Positions 37,232-47,272 of a stretch of DNA of 64,000 nucleotides are shown in pieces; within the stretch, counting starts at the first letter, position 1; each line of letters starts with the position of its first letter. The notes beneath the pieces were generated by a model. That model did no database searches, was not told where the DNA came from, and saw only the letters and a list, made by a program, of their open reading frames with translations. The DNA comes from an uncultured virus (IMG/VR IMGVR_UViG_3300025099_000015) (Duplodnaviria > Heunggongvirae > Uroviricota > Caudoviricetes). The DNA lies in IMG/VR virus record IMGVR_UViG_3300025099_000015. The stretch is one strand, 5' to 3'. The position numbers and the translations under genes are program-made.

Positions 37232-38533
37232 ATGATGAGTGAAAGAGCAGAAGCATATCGTAAACTAGCAGATGAAGAAGATAATATAGAAGAAGTCAAA
37301 GAAGAAATGACTAGAATTAAAGAAAGCATGGAACAAAAGTGGTTAGAATCTCAACCAATTAGAAGCCATGATGATATTGCTAAAGATTATGCTAGTTTTG
37401 CTAAAATAAATCTTACTGAGGCTAGAAATACACTTTTTGAATATCCTAAGAAATATGAAATAGAAGGTAAAGATATACCTTCATTAATTAAGTCAATGAG
37501 AAAATATAGAAGAACTCTAAAGGGTGAAACTAAAATAGCATTCACCAAATCCATAGATAATTTGATTGAGGATTATTCTGATTACTTAACTAAATGTATT
37601 CGCAGTATTTATTGGATAAGAAAGTATGAAACTCCTTTGAGACAGATGAATTATAATGAAGATAAATTAATTAAATTAAACTCTATAACTTCTGAAGACC
37701 AGAAGAGAGAAGTCATTGACGTTTTGTGTAAATATTGGGAAGCAGACCAAGAAAGAAAACATTTGAATTATGGTGAAAAATATTGTGAATTAACTAAAGA
37801 GATGAAAAATCTAAAGAAAAACTTCACGAAAATAATAAAAGAAACCCCTATAAGTATATCACCAAAGGATAGTATAAGGAAAGCGATATTAGATTCTGTC
37901 TGTAATAACCCTGGAATATCCTCAAGAGAGATACATGATTCATTACCTAGAAACTTATACGATAGAAGTTCCCCCCAAATAATAGCAAAACTTGCAGTAG
38001 AACAGAATATTACAAACGTAGATGGGGCGCACTATAAAATAAATGACGATATTAAGAAAAACATTTGGGCTTATACAGCCGCATTCATAGATTCAGACGG
38101 ATATATTACAATGGATAAAAACCATAACCCAAGAGTAGGATTAGTAGCAACAGGTAATAGAGGCAAGGCGTTTATGTTAGAGATGCACAAATCATTAGGT
38201 ATGGGTAGATTACACCTAGACCAGAAATCTCCACAAGATACTAGGTTAATTAATAGACTCAACTTTTATTCTGGAGGAGACATTAAGAAATTATTAACCA
38301 AGTGTTTACCTCACTTTAAATTAAAGAAAAATAACGCTAACGCATTATTAGAGTTAATTAAAATAAAGAAAGAAAATAAAAAAGAAGATTGGTATAAAGA
38401 TAGAAAGGATGAATTATTCAAATTAATGAAATATTATAATCATAGTGATAATACCAGATTTGATTGGAAAGCATGGGATATTGATATTGACGGTATAACT
38501 AAACTAGAAGAGAATAGTAAAATGGAGTTCTAA
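37232..38533 (+). CDS. Protein with C-terminal single-motif LAGLIDADG endonuclease domain
   Basis: WAYTAAFIDSDGYI; KCLPHFKLKK; long N-terminal helical/wHTH region. Confidence 0.8.
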   Translation: MMSERAEAYRKLADEEDNIEEVKEEMTRIKESMEQKWLESQPIRSHDDIAKDYASFAKINLTEARNTLFEYPKKYEIEGKDIPSLIKSMRKYRRTLKGETKIAFTKSIDNLIEDYSDYLTKCIRSIYWIRKYETPLRQMNYNEDKLIKLNSITSEDQKREVIDVLCKYWEADQERKHLNYGEKYCELTKEMKNLKKNFTKIIKETPISISPKDSIRKAILDSVCNNPGISSREIHDSLPRNLYDRSSPQIIAKLAVEQNITNVDGAHYKINDDIKKNIWAYTAAFIDSDGYITMDKNHNPRVGLVATGNRGKAFMLEMHKSLGMGRLHLDQKSPQDTRLINRLNFYSGGDIKKLLTKCLPHFKLKKNNANALLELIKIKKENKKEDWYKDRKDELFKLMKYYNHSDNTRFDWKAWDIDIDGITKLEENSKMEF

Positions 38534-38535
38534 AT

Positions 38536-40197
38536 ATGGTAGAAGAGAAAAGAAGATTTAGTATAACTAATCTTTTCAGAAGAAGGACTCCAACCCCTAA
38601 AGACCCTAGAGCATTTAATCCAGGCATTCAAGAGAAAGCCACGGACTATATGATTACTACTCCTGTAATCTATCATGTAGCGCAACAGTCTGTTATTGTT
38701 AGAACATGCACTACTCAATTAAAAAATGAAATATTTAGAAGAGGGTATAAGTGGGAAGAAAAGTTTGCCTACAAATGCCGAGACTGTGGACATGAGCATG
38801 ATGAACCCGTAGAAAAATGTTCAGAATGTGGTTCTGTAAGTTTGGCTAAACCTAATAAAAAACAATTAGAGTATGCTAAAGAATATTTAGATGGATATGT
38901 CAATAACTCAGACCAAATGTTCATAGATATATTAAAAGAATTAGAAGATGATTTGAACATTATGGATGATGCTTATATTGTTTTAAAGAAAGAATATTAT
39001 TTAGACAATAATGGTAAAATTAGAATGCATAAAATTAAAGAAATGTATAGAGGAGACCCTGTAACTATGGCTATTTATAGTGATGAAAATGGCGAGAAGG
39101 GTAATCATGGATTTACTTGTCTAAATCATAGAGACCAAATAATAGAAGACCCTACTGCAATGTGCGATGAATGTGGTTCACCAATGCACCCTGTATATTA
39201 TGTGAATAGATGTAATGGTGAAGAACAACATTTCATCGAAGGTGAAGTGTTGCATTTTAGTAAATACAATCCAAGTAGATTGTATGGTTTGTCCCCTGTT
39301 TTGACTTTATGGAATCATATCACTACTTTATTGGCTATGGAAAATTATGTCAATTCATCCTACTCAAAACAAAGAATGCCTAGAGGATTACTTGCTGTTC
39401 AAACTAGAAACATTGACTCAATGAAATCATTTTGGAGAGGGGTCAAAGAGAAGATGGAACAAGACCCACACTTTATTCCTGTAATGGGAATAGAAGCAGA
39501 AAATGGCAAGGGTTCTATTGAATGGATTAAGTTTATGGACAGTCTAAAAGAAATGGATTATATATCTGTTAAAGATGATTTAAGAGATAGGGTATCTGGG
39601 TTCTATGGTGTAAGTAAAGTGTTTATGTCTGATAATTCTGCAAGTGGTGGATTGAATAATGAAGGTATGCAAATACTTGTTACTAATCGTGCGGTAGAAA
39701 TGGCTCAAACTATATGGAATAACTATGTGTTTCCTTTTATCATCAAAGAGTTTGGTATAACTGATTGGGAACTTAAACTACCACCATCAGAAGAAGAAGA
39801 TGAAATCGCTAGACTTAGACTTAGAGAAATGGAAGTAAATATAGCAGGTTCAATTAAAAACTTAGGTTTTGAAGTCTCTATGGATGATAAGGGTAGGTTC
39901 AAATATTCTAAAGAAAAACCAGAAATGAAAGGTGGAGAAAAAGGTAAAGGTGAAGAGTTTCAAGTAGACCCTTATGCCGGTACTGATATAGATGCTAGTC
40001 AATTAGGACAAATGATGGAAGCAGGTAATAAACCTAGTTTGGCAGAAGCGGGTCAAGCAGAAAAGGTTAAATCTGAACCACCAAAAACAAGAAATAAGCC
40101 TTCTATGGAAACGGGGCCAGATAAAAGATTTAGTGGTCTACCTAAAGAAGCAGGTAATCAGAACGTAGATTCAAGAACAGAAAGGAGAGTACCATGA
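38536..40197 (+). CDS. Portal protein with Zn-ribbon insertions
   Basis: Position after terminase; EVLHF...LYGLSPV, MPRGLL portal motifs; CRDC/CSEC and CLNH/CDEC inserts. Confidence 0.85.
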   Translation: MVEEKRRFSITNLFRRRTPTPKDPRAFNPGIQEKATDYMITTPVIYHVAQQSVIVRTCTTQLKNEIFRRGYKWEEKFAYKCRDCGHEHDEPVEKCSECGSVSLAKPNKKQLEYAKEYLDGYVNNSDQMFIDILKELEDDLNIMDDAYIVLKKEYYLDNNGKIRMHKIKEMYRGDPVTMAIYSDENGEKGNHGFTCLNHRDQIIEDPTAMCDECGSPMHPVYYVNRCNGEEQHFIEGEVLHFSKYNPSRLYGLSPVLTLWNHITTLLAMENYVNSSYSKQRMPRGLLAVQTRNIDSMKSFWRGVKEKMEQDPHFIPVMGIEAENGKGSIEWIKFMDSLKEMDYISVKDDLRDRVSGFYGVSKVFMSDNSASGGLNNEGMQILVTNRAVEMAQTIWNNYVFPFIIKEFGITDWELKLPPSEEEDEIARLRLREMEVNIAGSIKNLGFEVSMDDKGRFKYSKEKPEMKGGEKGKGEEFQVDPYAGTDIDASQLGQMMEAGNKPSLAEAGQAEKVKSEPPKTRNKPSMETGPDKRFSGLPKEAGNQNVDSRTERRVP

Positions 40198-40709
40198 TGT
40201 GGGAAGAAATATTGAAGGTTAATCCACGTAACCCACATGGTATACATGTAACTAAAATGTATATGTTTTTAAAAAGATATTTTGCAGACTCACATACTGA
40301 GCAATTCAAAAAGACATATATTTTATGGAATGAGTTTGATTATCCCTCCGATAGAGACAGAGTGTATGAAGCGATTACAAATATAATAGACGGGACGTAT
40401 GTATGGAACCCTCACGGGGCTACTACTACGGATAAACCAATACCTGGAATTACAATACATAGTTTTGATAAAAATGACGATGAAGTTCATATAGAGTTTA
40501 ATGACGCTGAACATCTTAAAGGTAGAGATGAACATATTGCTAACTCTATTGAAAGTAATAAGGATAAACATATTCATAGATACAGATACGCCCACAAGGA
40601 TGCACCGCATGATTTTAAACTACAAAGAGGTTGGGACATGCTTGAGCGTTCAATTAAAAAAGTTAACAACCCAAACTATAGTAGACCAGGTAAAATCGGG
40701 AGATATTAA
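40194..40709 (+). CDS. Hypothetical protein (W-x-x-I-x-K family)
   Basis: MMWEEILKV. Confidence 0.65.
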   Translation: MMWEEILKVNPRNPHGIHVTKMYMFLKRYFADSHTEQFKKTYILWNEFDYPSDRDRVYEAITNIIDGTYVWNPHGATTTDKPIPGITIHSFDKNDDEVHIEFNDAEHLKGRDEHIANSIESNKDKHIHRYRYAHKDAPHDFKLQRGWDMLERSIKKVNNPNYSRPGKIGRY

Positions 40710-40710
40710 A

Positions 40711-40929
40711 ATGACAGAAAAAACAACAAGACAGTTAAGAGAAGAATTAACTAAAAAAAGAAATGAAGAAAGAAACTCTGTTGAAAAACCAGAGAATAGA
40801 AACTTTGACTTTATTGGGGTAGACCCTGAAGCAAAGAGTATAACAAGACCAGATAGTGCAGAAGTGCCTGACTATATTGGAAAGCCAAAGAAGAAAAGAA
40901 GTAATAAGATGGGAAGTTTACCCTTTTAG
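40711..40929 (+). CDS. Small hypothetical protein
   Basis: MTEKTTRQL... start inside track ORF 40501..40929, after GGGAG. Confidence 0.6.
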   Translation: MTEKTTRQLREELTKKRNEERNSVEKPENRNFDFIGVDPEAKSITRPDSAEVPDYIGKPKKKRSNKMGSLPF

Positions 40930-40938
40930 GTGATATAA

Positions 40939-42405
40939 ATGTCATTTTTAGATGGTTTTTTAATAAGAGATAGTAATATCTTAAAATCTACTTCTGTTGA
41001 AGATAAGATTTTTGATAGACTTGAACGTAACCAATCTGTTATTAGACCATATACCACAGAACAAGTTAGAGAGTTTTTCAGTAAAGCAAAACCTAAAGTT
41101 CAAGGTAGAGTAATGTTAGATTTAAAAGAACATACTTTAGGTGAGGATAATACATATGGGTTCGATAAGGAGACACTAATTACCCCTAGCGGTAGAAATC
41201 GAAAAGGTAAAGCAAATAATTCAGTAATTATGTCATCTCTTTGGCAAATAAAACCAAACATCCCAGAAGATTTATTTAGAAACCTACAATCTTTTTTTGA
41301 TGAAGAAGATACTTCTGAAAAAGAAATAAGAAGGAATCTAACTTCTAATGAAAGCACTCTATTAACTTTAATAAAAAGAGTAGAAGAAGGAAGTAAAATA
41401 TCTGTTTCATTACAAAACTCATTATATGATAAAAAAATATTAACTACTAAACAATTATTAATATTTGAGCGTATGGCTAACACCGGACTTAGACTAATGC
41501 ACCCTGATATATATAATAAATTAATTGAGCAGAAAGAGGATGGCACATATAAACCGACTGATTTATATGAAAAGGTAATGAAGAGAATAGAAATACTTAG
41601 CGGTAATCAAAGACCTGATAGAAAGGCATTAGTTAGAGAATATAAATTAATATCTGATGGAAAGAAAAACTCATTGGAGAACCTAATCAAATTAATTAAT
41701 CAAGATAGGTATAGATTTCAAGGTGCAAAAAGCAAGTCGGATATAAATTATTTATCAGAAAGTATTTCAGATATGATTGATACTTGGGATGAAATAATGA
41801 TTGATTTTAAAGATACATTTGAAGAATATGATGAGGCTAATGATAAAACGAACAGGATAAGTGAATGGAGTAGTAAAGGCATGGAAAGTAAAATAGATGT
41901 TTCATGGAATGCACTTTCTGCTAGTGAAAGAGAAGACATTAGTAGAGAAAAATTAGCAGGTCAAGAATACAAGAAAATTGTTAAAGAGATAGAAAGCGAC
42001 TACAAAAGATTAAGGTCTATGTTTATCGCTTACAATAAACTTGCAGAAATGTTATCAGATAAACAATTAAATATTGAAGTTGATACTGGTAGAGAAGAAA
42101 GAATTAAAGAAGACTATAAACAAATTAAAGAAACAATACAACACTATAATAAATATACAGGTCAAATCAACCAAGATAAGAAAAACGAAAGACAGAAGTT
42201 AGAGAATCTTAAAAATAGAGAAAGGGCGGCAGAAGAAAGAATGGATGCTGAAAGAGCAAAAGGTAATTTAACACCAGAAGAAGATAAGAGTGAAACTGCT
42301 AGTATTAGAAAGCCTGATAAGGAACCTCCTTTGAGCGTCACTTCAGACATAGAAACACTTAGGGCTAGAGTTAAAGCACTTCAAGAAAAGAGGGATAAAA
42401 AATGA
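40939..42405 (+). CDS. Coiled-coil hypothetical protein
   Basis: 488 aa; SNILKS near the N-terminus. Confidence 0.65.
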   Translation: MSFLDGFLIRDSNILKSTSVEDKIFDRLERNQSVIRPYTTEQVREFFSKAKPKVQGRVMLDLKEHTLGEDNTYGFDKETLITPSGRNRKGKANNSVIMSSLWQIKPNIPEDLFRNLQSFFDEEDTSEKEIRRNLTSNESTLLTLIKRVEEGSKISVSLQNSLYDKKILTTKQLLIFERMANTGLRLMHPDIYNKLIEQKEDGTYKPTDLYEKVMKRIEILSGNQRPDRKALVREYKLISDGKKNSLENLIKLINQDRYRFQGAKSKSDINYLSESISDMIDTWDEIMIDFKDTFEEYDEANDKTNRISEWSSKGMESKIDVSWNALSASEREDISREKLAGQEYKKIVKEIESDYKRLRSMFIAYNKLAEMLSDKQLNIEVDTGREERIKEDYKQIKETIQHYNKYTGQINQDKKNERQKLENLKNRERAAEERMDAERAKGNLTPEEDKSETASIRKPDKEPPLSVTSDIETLRARVKALQEKRDKK

Positions 42406-42746
42406 GTTGGGTTGATATACTTAGTAAATCTAATAGTCCGATGCTTGATAAAGCAGACCCTAAACAGAAAAAGAAGATTAAAAAAGTATTACAGTCAGTC
42501 CAACCCTCTGAATATATGGGACAAGATTTTACTAAATTAGGAGATTTATTAGATGAATTAAATAATTTACCAATGAATAAATCTAAACCTATGCAAAAGA
42601 AAATGGATTCTATGGCAGAAAGAAATACAGATTTAGTAGCAAGGGCGGCTGAATTAAGAAAAGATTATGAGATTCTATACCGTCAATTAAGAGGAATGGT
42701 ATATCCAAAAAGCAAAGGCGATTTAGGAGAGGAAAAAGATGAGTGA
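42402..42746 (+). CDS. Hypothetical protein (W-x-x-I-x-K family)
   Basis: MSWVDILSKS. Confidence 0.65.
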   Translation: MSWVDILSKSNSPMLDKADPKQKKKIKKVLQSVQPSEYMGQDFTKLGDLLDELNNLPMNKSKPMQKKMDSMAERNTDLVARAAELRKDYEILYRQLRGMVYPKSKGDLGEEKDE

Positions 42747-42981
42747 AGAAAATAATGAGATGTTAATGTTGTTAAAGACATTAGTAGATAAAGTAAATAA
42801 ATTAGAGAATGCAGTTTATGATAAAGATAATATTCTGATGAAATCAGGGTTTGTAGTAGTAAATACACCTACTCCATCTATTGATAATTCTAATGCAAGC
42901 GGTAGCGAAGTAGATAGGATAGCAAAGATGGATTGGGAAGATATTGGTAAAATGGTATCTAAATTAGAAGGTGGTTATTAA
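42739..42981 (+). CDS. Small hypothetical protein
   Basis: 80 aa; its C-terminus (KMDWEDIGKMV) resembles that of the protease/scaffold (EMSWGEVHNFM). Confidence 0.6.
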   Translation: MSEENNEMLMLLKTLVDKVNKLENAVYDKDNILMKSGFVVVNTPTPSIDNSNASGSEVDRIAKMDWEDIGKMVSKLEGGY

Positions 42982-43469
42982 TGCCAGAAAAAGTAACAAA
43001 AGATGAAAAGATAGCAGAATTGCTAAAGAAAGCCGCAGAAAAAGCAGTTGAATTAATAGGTAATTATGATGATTTTAATGAAGATGATTTAACAGGTGAA
43101 GAAGTTAAATTGAGCCGACCTAAAGCAACAAAGGTTCCTGATGCTAAAGGTAGTGATGAAGAAAAGACTAAGATTAGAGATGAAGTAATTTCTAAAGAAT
43201 CTAGGAGACCATTTGAAGATGAAGATGGATATATGACACGGCCAAAAAATGAAAGTGTTCTTGGGACAATTTATGGAGAAATTATGGAAAACGAAATGCC
43301 ACATAAATTAAAAGTATTCTTTAATGAAAATAAAAAAGACATTCCTACCCAAATAGTAGGTGAAGTGCAAAAAACAATAAATCAACTTTCTATTTTTGAA
43401 GATAAAGTAGGAGATTTTTTAAATAAATACGATTATGGTTATGGTGGAGACCCCACCAAATTAGACTGA
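42981..43469 (+). CDS. Hypothetical protein
   Basis: 162-aa ORF in the operon. Confidence 0.6.
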   Translation: MPEKVTKDEKIAELLKKAAEKAVELIGNYDDFNEDDLTGEEVKLSRPKATKVPDAKGSDEEKTKIRDEVISKESRRPFEDEDGYMTRPKNESVLGTIYGEIMENEMPHKLKVFFNENKKDIPTQIVGEVQKTINQLSIFEDKVGDFLNKYDYGYGGDPTKLD

Positions 43470-43478
43470 GGGATAGAA

Positions 43479-46010
43479 TTGCCTATTTCTGGGGTCTTTA
43501 AAGATAAAAAGGATGCACTTACAAAGCGAGTGCTAGACTTTTTTGAAGATACTAGATACAATTATTTGTCTGCTAAAGAAGATACTAAATCCTATGGGAC
43601 AGCATGGAGTAAATCTATTGATAAGATAAGAGAAGACTTTGATGGGTTAAATGATTTTTCTAGGGAATTAAAAAGATACTTAGAAGAAGATGTTGTATTT
43701 GCTAAAGAAGTAAAAGACGCAGAATCTCATCAAGCAAAGGAATTATTTAAACAGATTAAAAATCTAAGATTTAACTCCACAGAAGTAAATGACCCTTTTA
43801 CTACTCAAATGGGAAACAAGGTGATTCCTAATATAATAAAAAGGCCTGAGTTATATGCCGCATTTATTCATTATGCATTACGTTCACATGCTCATGCTAT
43901 CGGAGAAAAATCATGGGCGGCTAAAGGTCATTTACCTGATATAGTTACAGAAGGTTCAACAGGACTTGATTTAGCAATTGATGATATTCCACTATATATT
44001 ATAGAACATTATGGTGATGATGTTGATACTGATAGAGTTAAGCCTAAGTTTAAAGGTGCTTTAAAAATACTAGAAGAAGTATATCTTGTCGAAAATGATG
44101 AGAGTAGTTGGACTAAATTGATTCAATTAGATTTAAAGAAAAGTGATGAAGAAAAAGCAGAAATTAATTTTATAATACCAAACAAACCAATGTATCGTAT
44201 ATTTGAAATAAATGATATGAAAGAGTTGAAAGGGTTTAGTGGAGAGTTTGTAGTGCAAGAAAAGTATGACGGCATTAGAATACAAATACATAAAATGAAT
44301 GAACAAATTAAAATATATACTTACAATGAAAAAGACATTACAGATAAATGTGATAAAGTAGTAGATAGAATGAAAGCCAAACAGTTTGGTGATTGTATTT
44401 TAGATGCTGAACTTATACTATACGACAATAAAGAACCATTACATAGAGCAGATACTATTGCTCATTTATTCAAAGGCAAATATAAAGATGCAGTATTAAA
44501 GGCTAGAGTGTTTGATATTATGCACCATGAAGATAAGAATATATGTGATGACCCATTAAGAGAAAGAATAAACATTTTGTTTTATCAATACTCTCAACAA
44601 TCATCAGATGAATTATATTTTCCTAATAAGAAAAACACTAGAATAGCAGATTCATTACAAGAAGTAAAAAAGTATTCTAAAGATATTATGGACTCTCCTA
44701 CTTCAGAAGGAGTTGTAATTAAAGATATTGAATCTACTTATTACATAGGTAGTAAGAAAAATCCTAAGTGGGTTAAATGGAAGAAGTTTGTAGATTTAGA
44801 TGTAATAGTGTTAGATAAAAAGAAAACTAAATCTAATTTATATTCTTATACAGTTGGAGTGGGGCCACTTTCTGGAGAAGAATCAAGAGAACATAATGGC
44901 ACAGAAATCGAAGGAAAGACATACCTTCCTGTTGGTAAAGCATTAAACACTAAAGAAAATGTGGATATTGGTTCTATTGTAAGAGTTAAAGTTGATGAAG
45001 TAAAAAGAAAAGGCACAGGATATAGTTTGTTTTCTGCTAAGGTTATAGAAATACCAGAAGTAGAATCACCAGAAAAACTAATCACGTTAGAATTATTATC
45101 AACAGAAAGTAGAAAATCATTAGCCTATGATATTCAAGATGCTTTATTGAAATATACAATAACTGATGGTATTCATGGAACAGCAGATATTATTCTAAAA
45201 GGGGACTATGACGGGTTTACAATATATGGATTTGAAGGAGATTCATTAATGGAAAAGAATGCTTTGGTTGATATTGATTCTTGGAAAGAACAATTAACTC
45301 AGATAACTAAAACTAAAACTTCTGAAGCAAGAGGAACAATAAAGGAATGGCTCAAAATAAAAGACCCTAATCAACAAGGAAAGGATGTAAAAGAAATATT
45401 AGAGTTTATTGTAAAAGAAAATCCTTCGTTGGCTAATGATTTATGGTCTGATGATAAAAGCACTAAGTCAAAACTATCACCAAGAAAATTAAAAAATTGG
45501 ATGAACGACCAAACCGAGTTTGAGTTTTTAGCAAATAGTGGAAAATATACTTTTAATGACGACCATATATCTAAGGAAGAACCAGATGAAAAGGAAGGTA
45601 TATTCAAAATAGTTAAAACAGAAGATGGTAACATAGATTTAATTATAGATGTTAATAATAAACAAATGGCTTGGAATATTAATTTAGACGATACAGAAGA
45701 TATATTCAATCTATTTGGTAAAGCAGGTAAATACCCTGCACAAATAGCAACTAAGGTTAATGGTGGTAAACTGCTTGATAGAGGTAAAATAGAGTTAGGT
45801 GTTCAAAAGGATGGTTATCATGAATATAGAATTAATGGAGATAAGTTTGAAACTAGATTACATTTCCGAGTAGTTCCTGTTAAAAAACAAGATACATGGC
45901 TAGTATGGACAGGATATAAACAAAAGATGCTAGATGATACAGAAGATAAGGGTGTATGGGATTTATCCAAAGATAGGTTTAAAAAATTAGACATGTTAAT
46001 ATCTGAATAG
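43479..46010 (+). CDS. lig: ATP-dependent DNA ligase with N- and C-terminal extensions
   Basis: Motif I QEKYDGIR, III ILDAEL, IIIa VFDIM, IV EGVVIK, V WVKWK, then OB domain. Confidence 0.9.
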   Translation: MPISGVFKDKKDALTKRVLDFFEDTRYNYLSAKEDTKSYGTAWSKSIDKIREDFDGLNDFSRELKRYLEEDVVFAKEVKDAESHQAKELFKQIKNLRFNSTEVNDPFTTQMGNKVIPNIIKRPELYAAFIHYALRSHAHAIGEKSWAAKGHLPDIVTEGSTGLDLAIDDIPLYIIEHYGDDVDTDRVKPKFKGALKILEEVYLVENDESSWTKLIQLDLKKSDEEKAEINFIIPNKPMYRIFEINDMKELKGFSGEFVVQEKYDGIRIQIHKMNEQIKIYTYNEKDITDKCDKVVDRMKAKQFGDCILDAELILYDNKEPLHRADTIAHLFKGKYKDAVLKARVFDIMHHEDKNICDDPLRERINILFYQYSQQSSDELYFPNKKNTRIADSLQEVKKYSKDIMDSPTSEGVVIKDIESTYYIGSKKNPKWVKWKKFVDLDVIVLDKKKTKSNLYSYTVGVGPLSGEESREHNGTEIEGKTYLPVGKALNTKENVDIGSIVRVKVDEVKRKGTGYSLFSAKVIEIPEVESPEKLITLELLSTESRKSLAYDIQDALLKYTITDGIHGTADIILKGDYDGFTIYGFEGDSLMEKNALVDIDSWKEQLTQITKTKTSEARGTIKEWLKIKDPNQQGKDVKEILEFIVKENPSLANDLWSDDKSTKSKLSPRKLKNWMNDQTEFEFLANSGKYTFNDDHISKEEPDEKEGIFKIVKTEDGNIDLIIDVNNKQMAWNINLDDTEDIFNLFGKAGKYPAQIATKVNGGKLLDRGKIELGVQKDGYHEYRINGDKFETRLHFRVVPVKKQDTWLVWTGYKQKMLDDTEDKGVWDLSKDRFKKLDMLISE

Positions 46011-46049
46011 AACTTACTTAATATAGTAGTTGTTTAACACCTGAAGATA

Positions 46050-47270
46050 ATGGCGCAGTCTACAATGCTTCGGTCTGATACTAAGGGTAGTTTTTCTATT
46101 CTTAAATCTGATGATTTAGTTATTGGTGGATATGCTTCTATTGAAGTAGTAGACAAACAAAATGATTTGATTACTTTAAGTGCTTTACAAGATGCAGTCC
46201 AAAAATATATGGAAGTTAAGAAGTATAGAAATGTAATGTCTAACCATTCTAACGTGCAAGTTGGAGAAGTAATAGAACAATATCGTGATAAAAACGGGAG
46301 TTTACATAAAACTCAAGTAGACGATGTTGGTTTCTATGTTGTTATTAAGTTAAGAGATGACATAGAAAAAGCAAAAGAAATCTCAAGGGGTATTCGTAAA
46401 GGAACCCTACGGTCATTTAGTATAGGCGGCCAAGCATTATCTAAGAGGAAAACCTCGACTAAGGAATTAGGCGAGTATAACGAAATAGATAAATTAGAAC
46501 TCCATGAAGTAACAATCTGCGAAAAGGGGATTAACCCCGAAGCAAAGTTTGATATTCTAAAGGAGGAGAAAGATACCATGAGTGATAGATTGGAAAAAAC
46601 TCTGGGCGAGATAAACGAGTTAATGAAGCAAGTTGATTCTCTCCAGAAAGAGAAAAAGGAAGAGATGCCTGTTGAAGAGAAAGCAGAATACATGGACACC
46701 AATGAAGAAGGCATGCCTTCTAAGGGCGGAGAAATGGAAATGGCTGATAATGATGCAGACGATAAATCGGAGTTAGAATTGTCTAACTACGATAGTGAGA
46801 GAAAAGGAAGAAGTGGGCCAGAAGGGTTTGTTGAGGCTGGATTGATGGGTGAGGAATCACAAGGAAAGAAATTGCCACAAGCAGCACAAGTTGGGCCACT
46901 GTATAAAGAATGGAAAAACGATGAGTTTTCTACTTTAGACCTATCTACGGCAAACGTAGAAAAAGCGTATGAAGCGTTCAAGGCAGAACAACTTGAAAAG
47001 ATGGCATACGATTCATTGAAGAAGCAGTTTGAGTCTCGCTTCATTAATGAAACATCTGTGCGTAAAAGCGCAGTAGCAAGGAATGAATATGACGCAAAGA
47101 ATGAGGTTGAAACACTAAGAGAGGAGTTCGCTACCCTTAGAAAGAGCCTTACTGAAAGAAATGATGAAATCATTAAATCTCAGACAATTACAGTGCCAGA
47201 AATAAATGTTGCTGAAATGAGTTGGGGAGAAGTGCATAACTTTATGGCTCAATATGAAGGAGGAAATTAA
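46050..47270 (+). CDS. HK97-type prohead protease fused to scaffold-like C-terminal region
   Basis: GYAS...DKQND, NH, SFSIGG, LHEVTIC..GINPEA; acidic coiled-coil tail; directly upstream of the capsid gene. Confidence 0.88.
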   Translation: MAQSTMLRSDTKGSFSILKSDDLVIGGYASIEVVDKQNDLITLSALQDAVQKYMEVKKYRNVMSNHSNVQVGEVIEQYRDKNGSLHKTQVDDVGFYVVIKLRDDIEKAKEISRGIRKGTLRSFSIGGQALSKRKTSTKELGEYNEIDKLELHEVTICEKGINPEAKFDILKEEKDTMSDRLEKTLGEINELMKQVDSLQKEKKEEMPVEEKAEYMDTNEEGMPSKGGEMEMADNDADDKSELELSNYDSERKGRSGPEGFVEAGLMGEESQGKKLPQAAQVGPLYKEWKNDEFSTLDLSTANVEKAYEAFKAEQLEKMAYDSLKKQFESRFINETSVRKSAVARNEYDAKNEVETLREEFATLRKSLTERNDEIIKSQTITVPEINVAEMSWGEVHNFMAQYEGGN

Positions 47271-47272
47271 TT

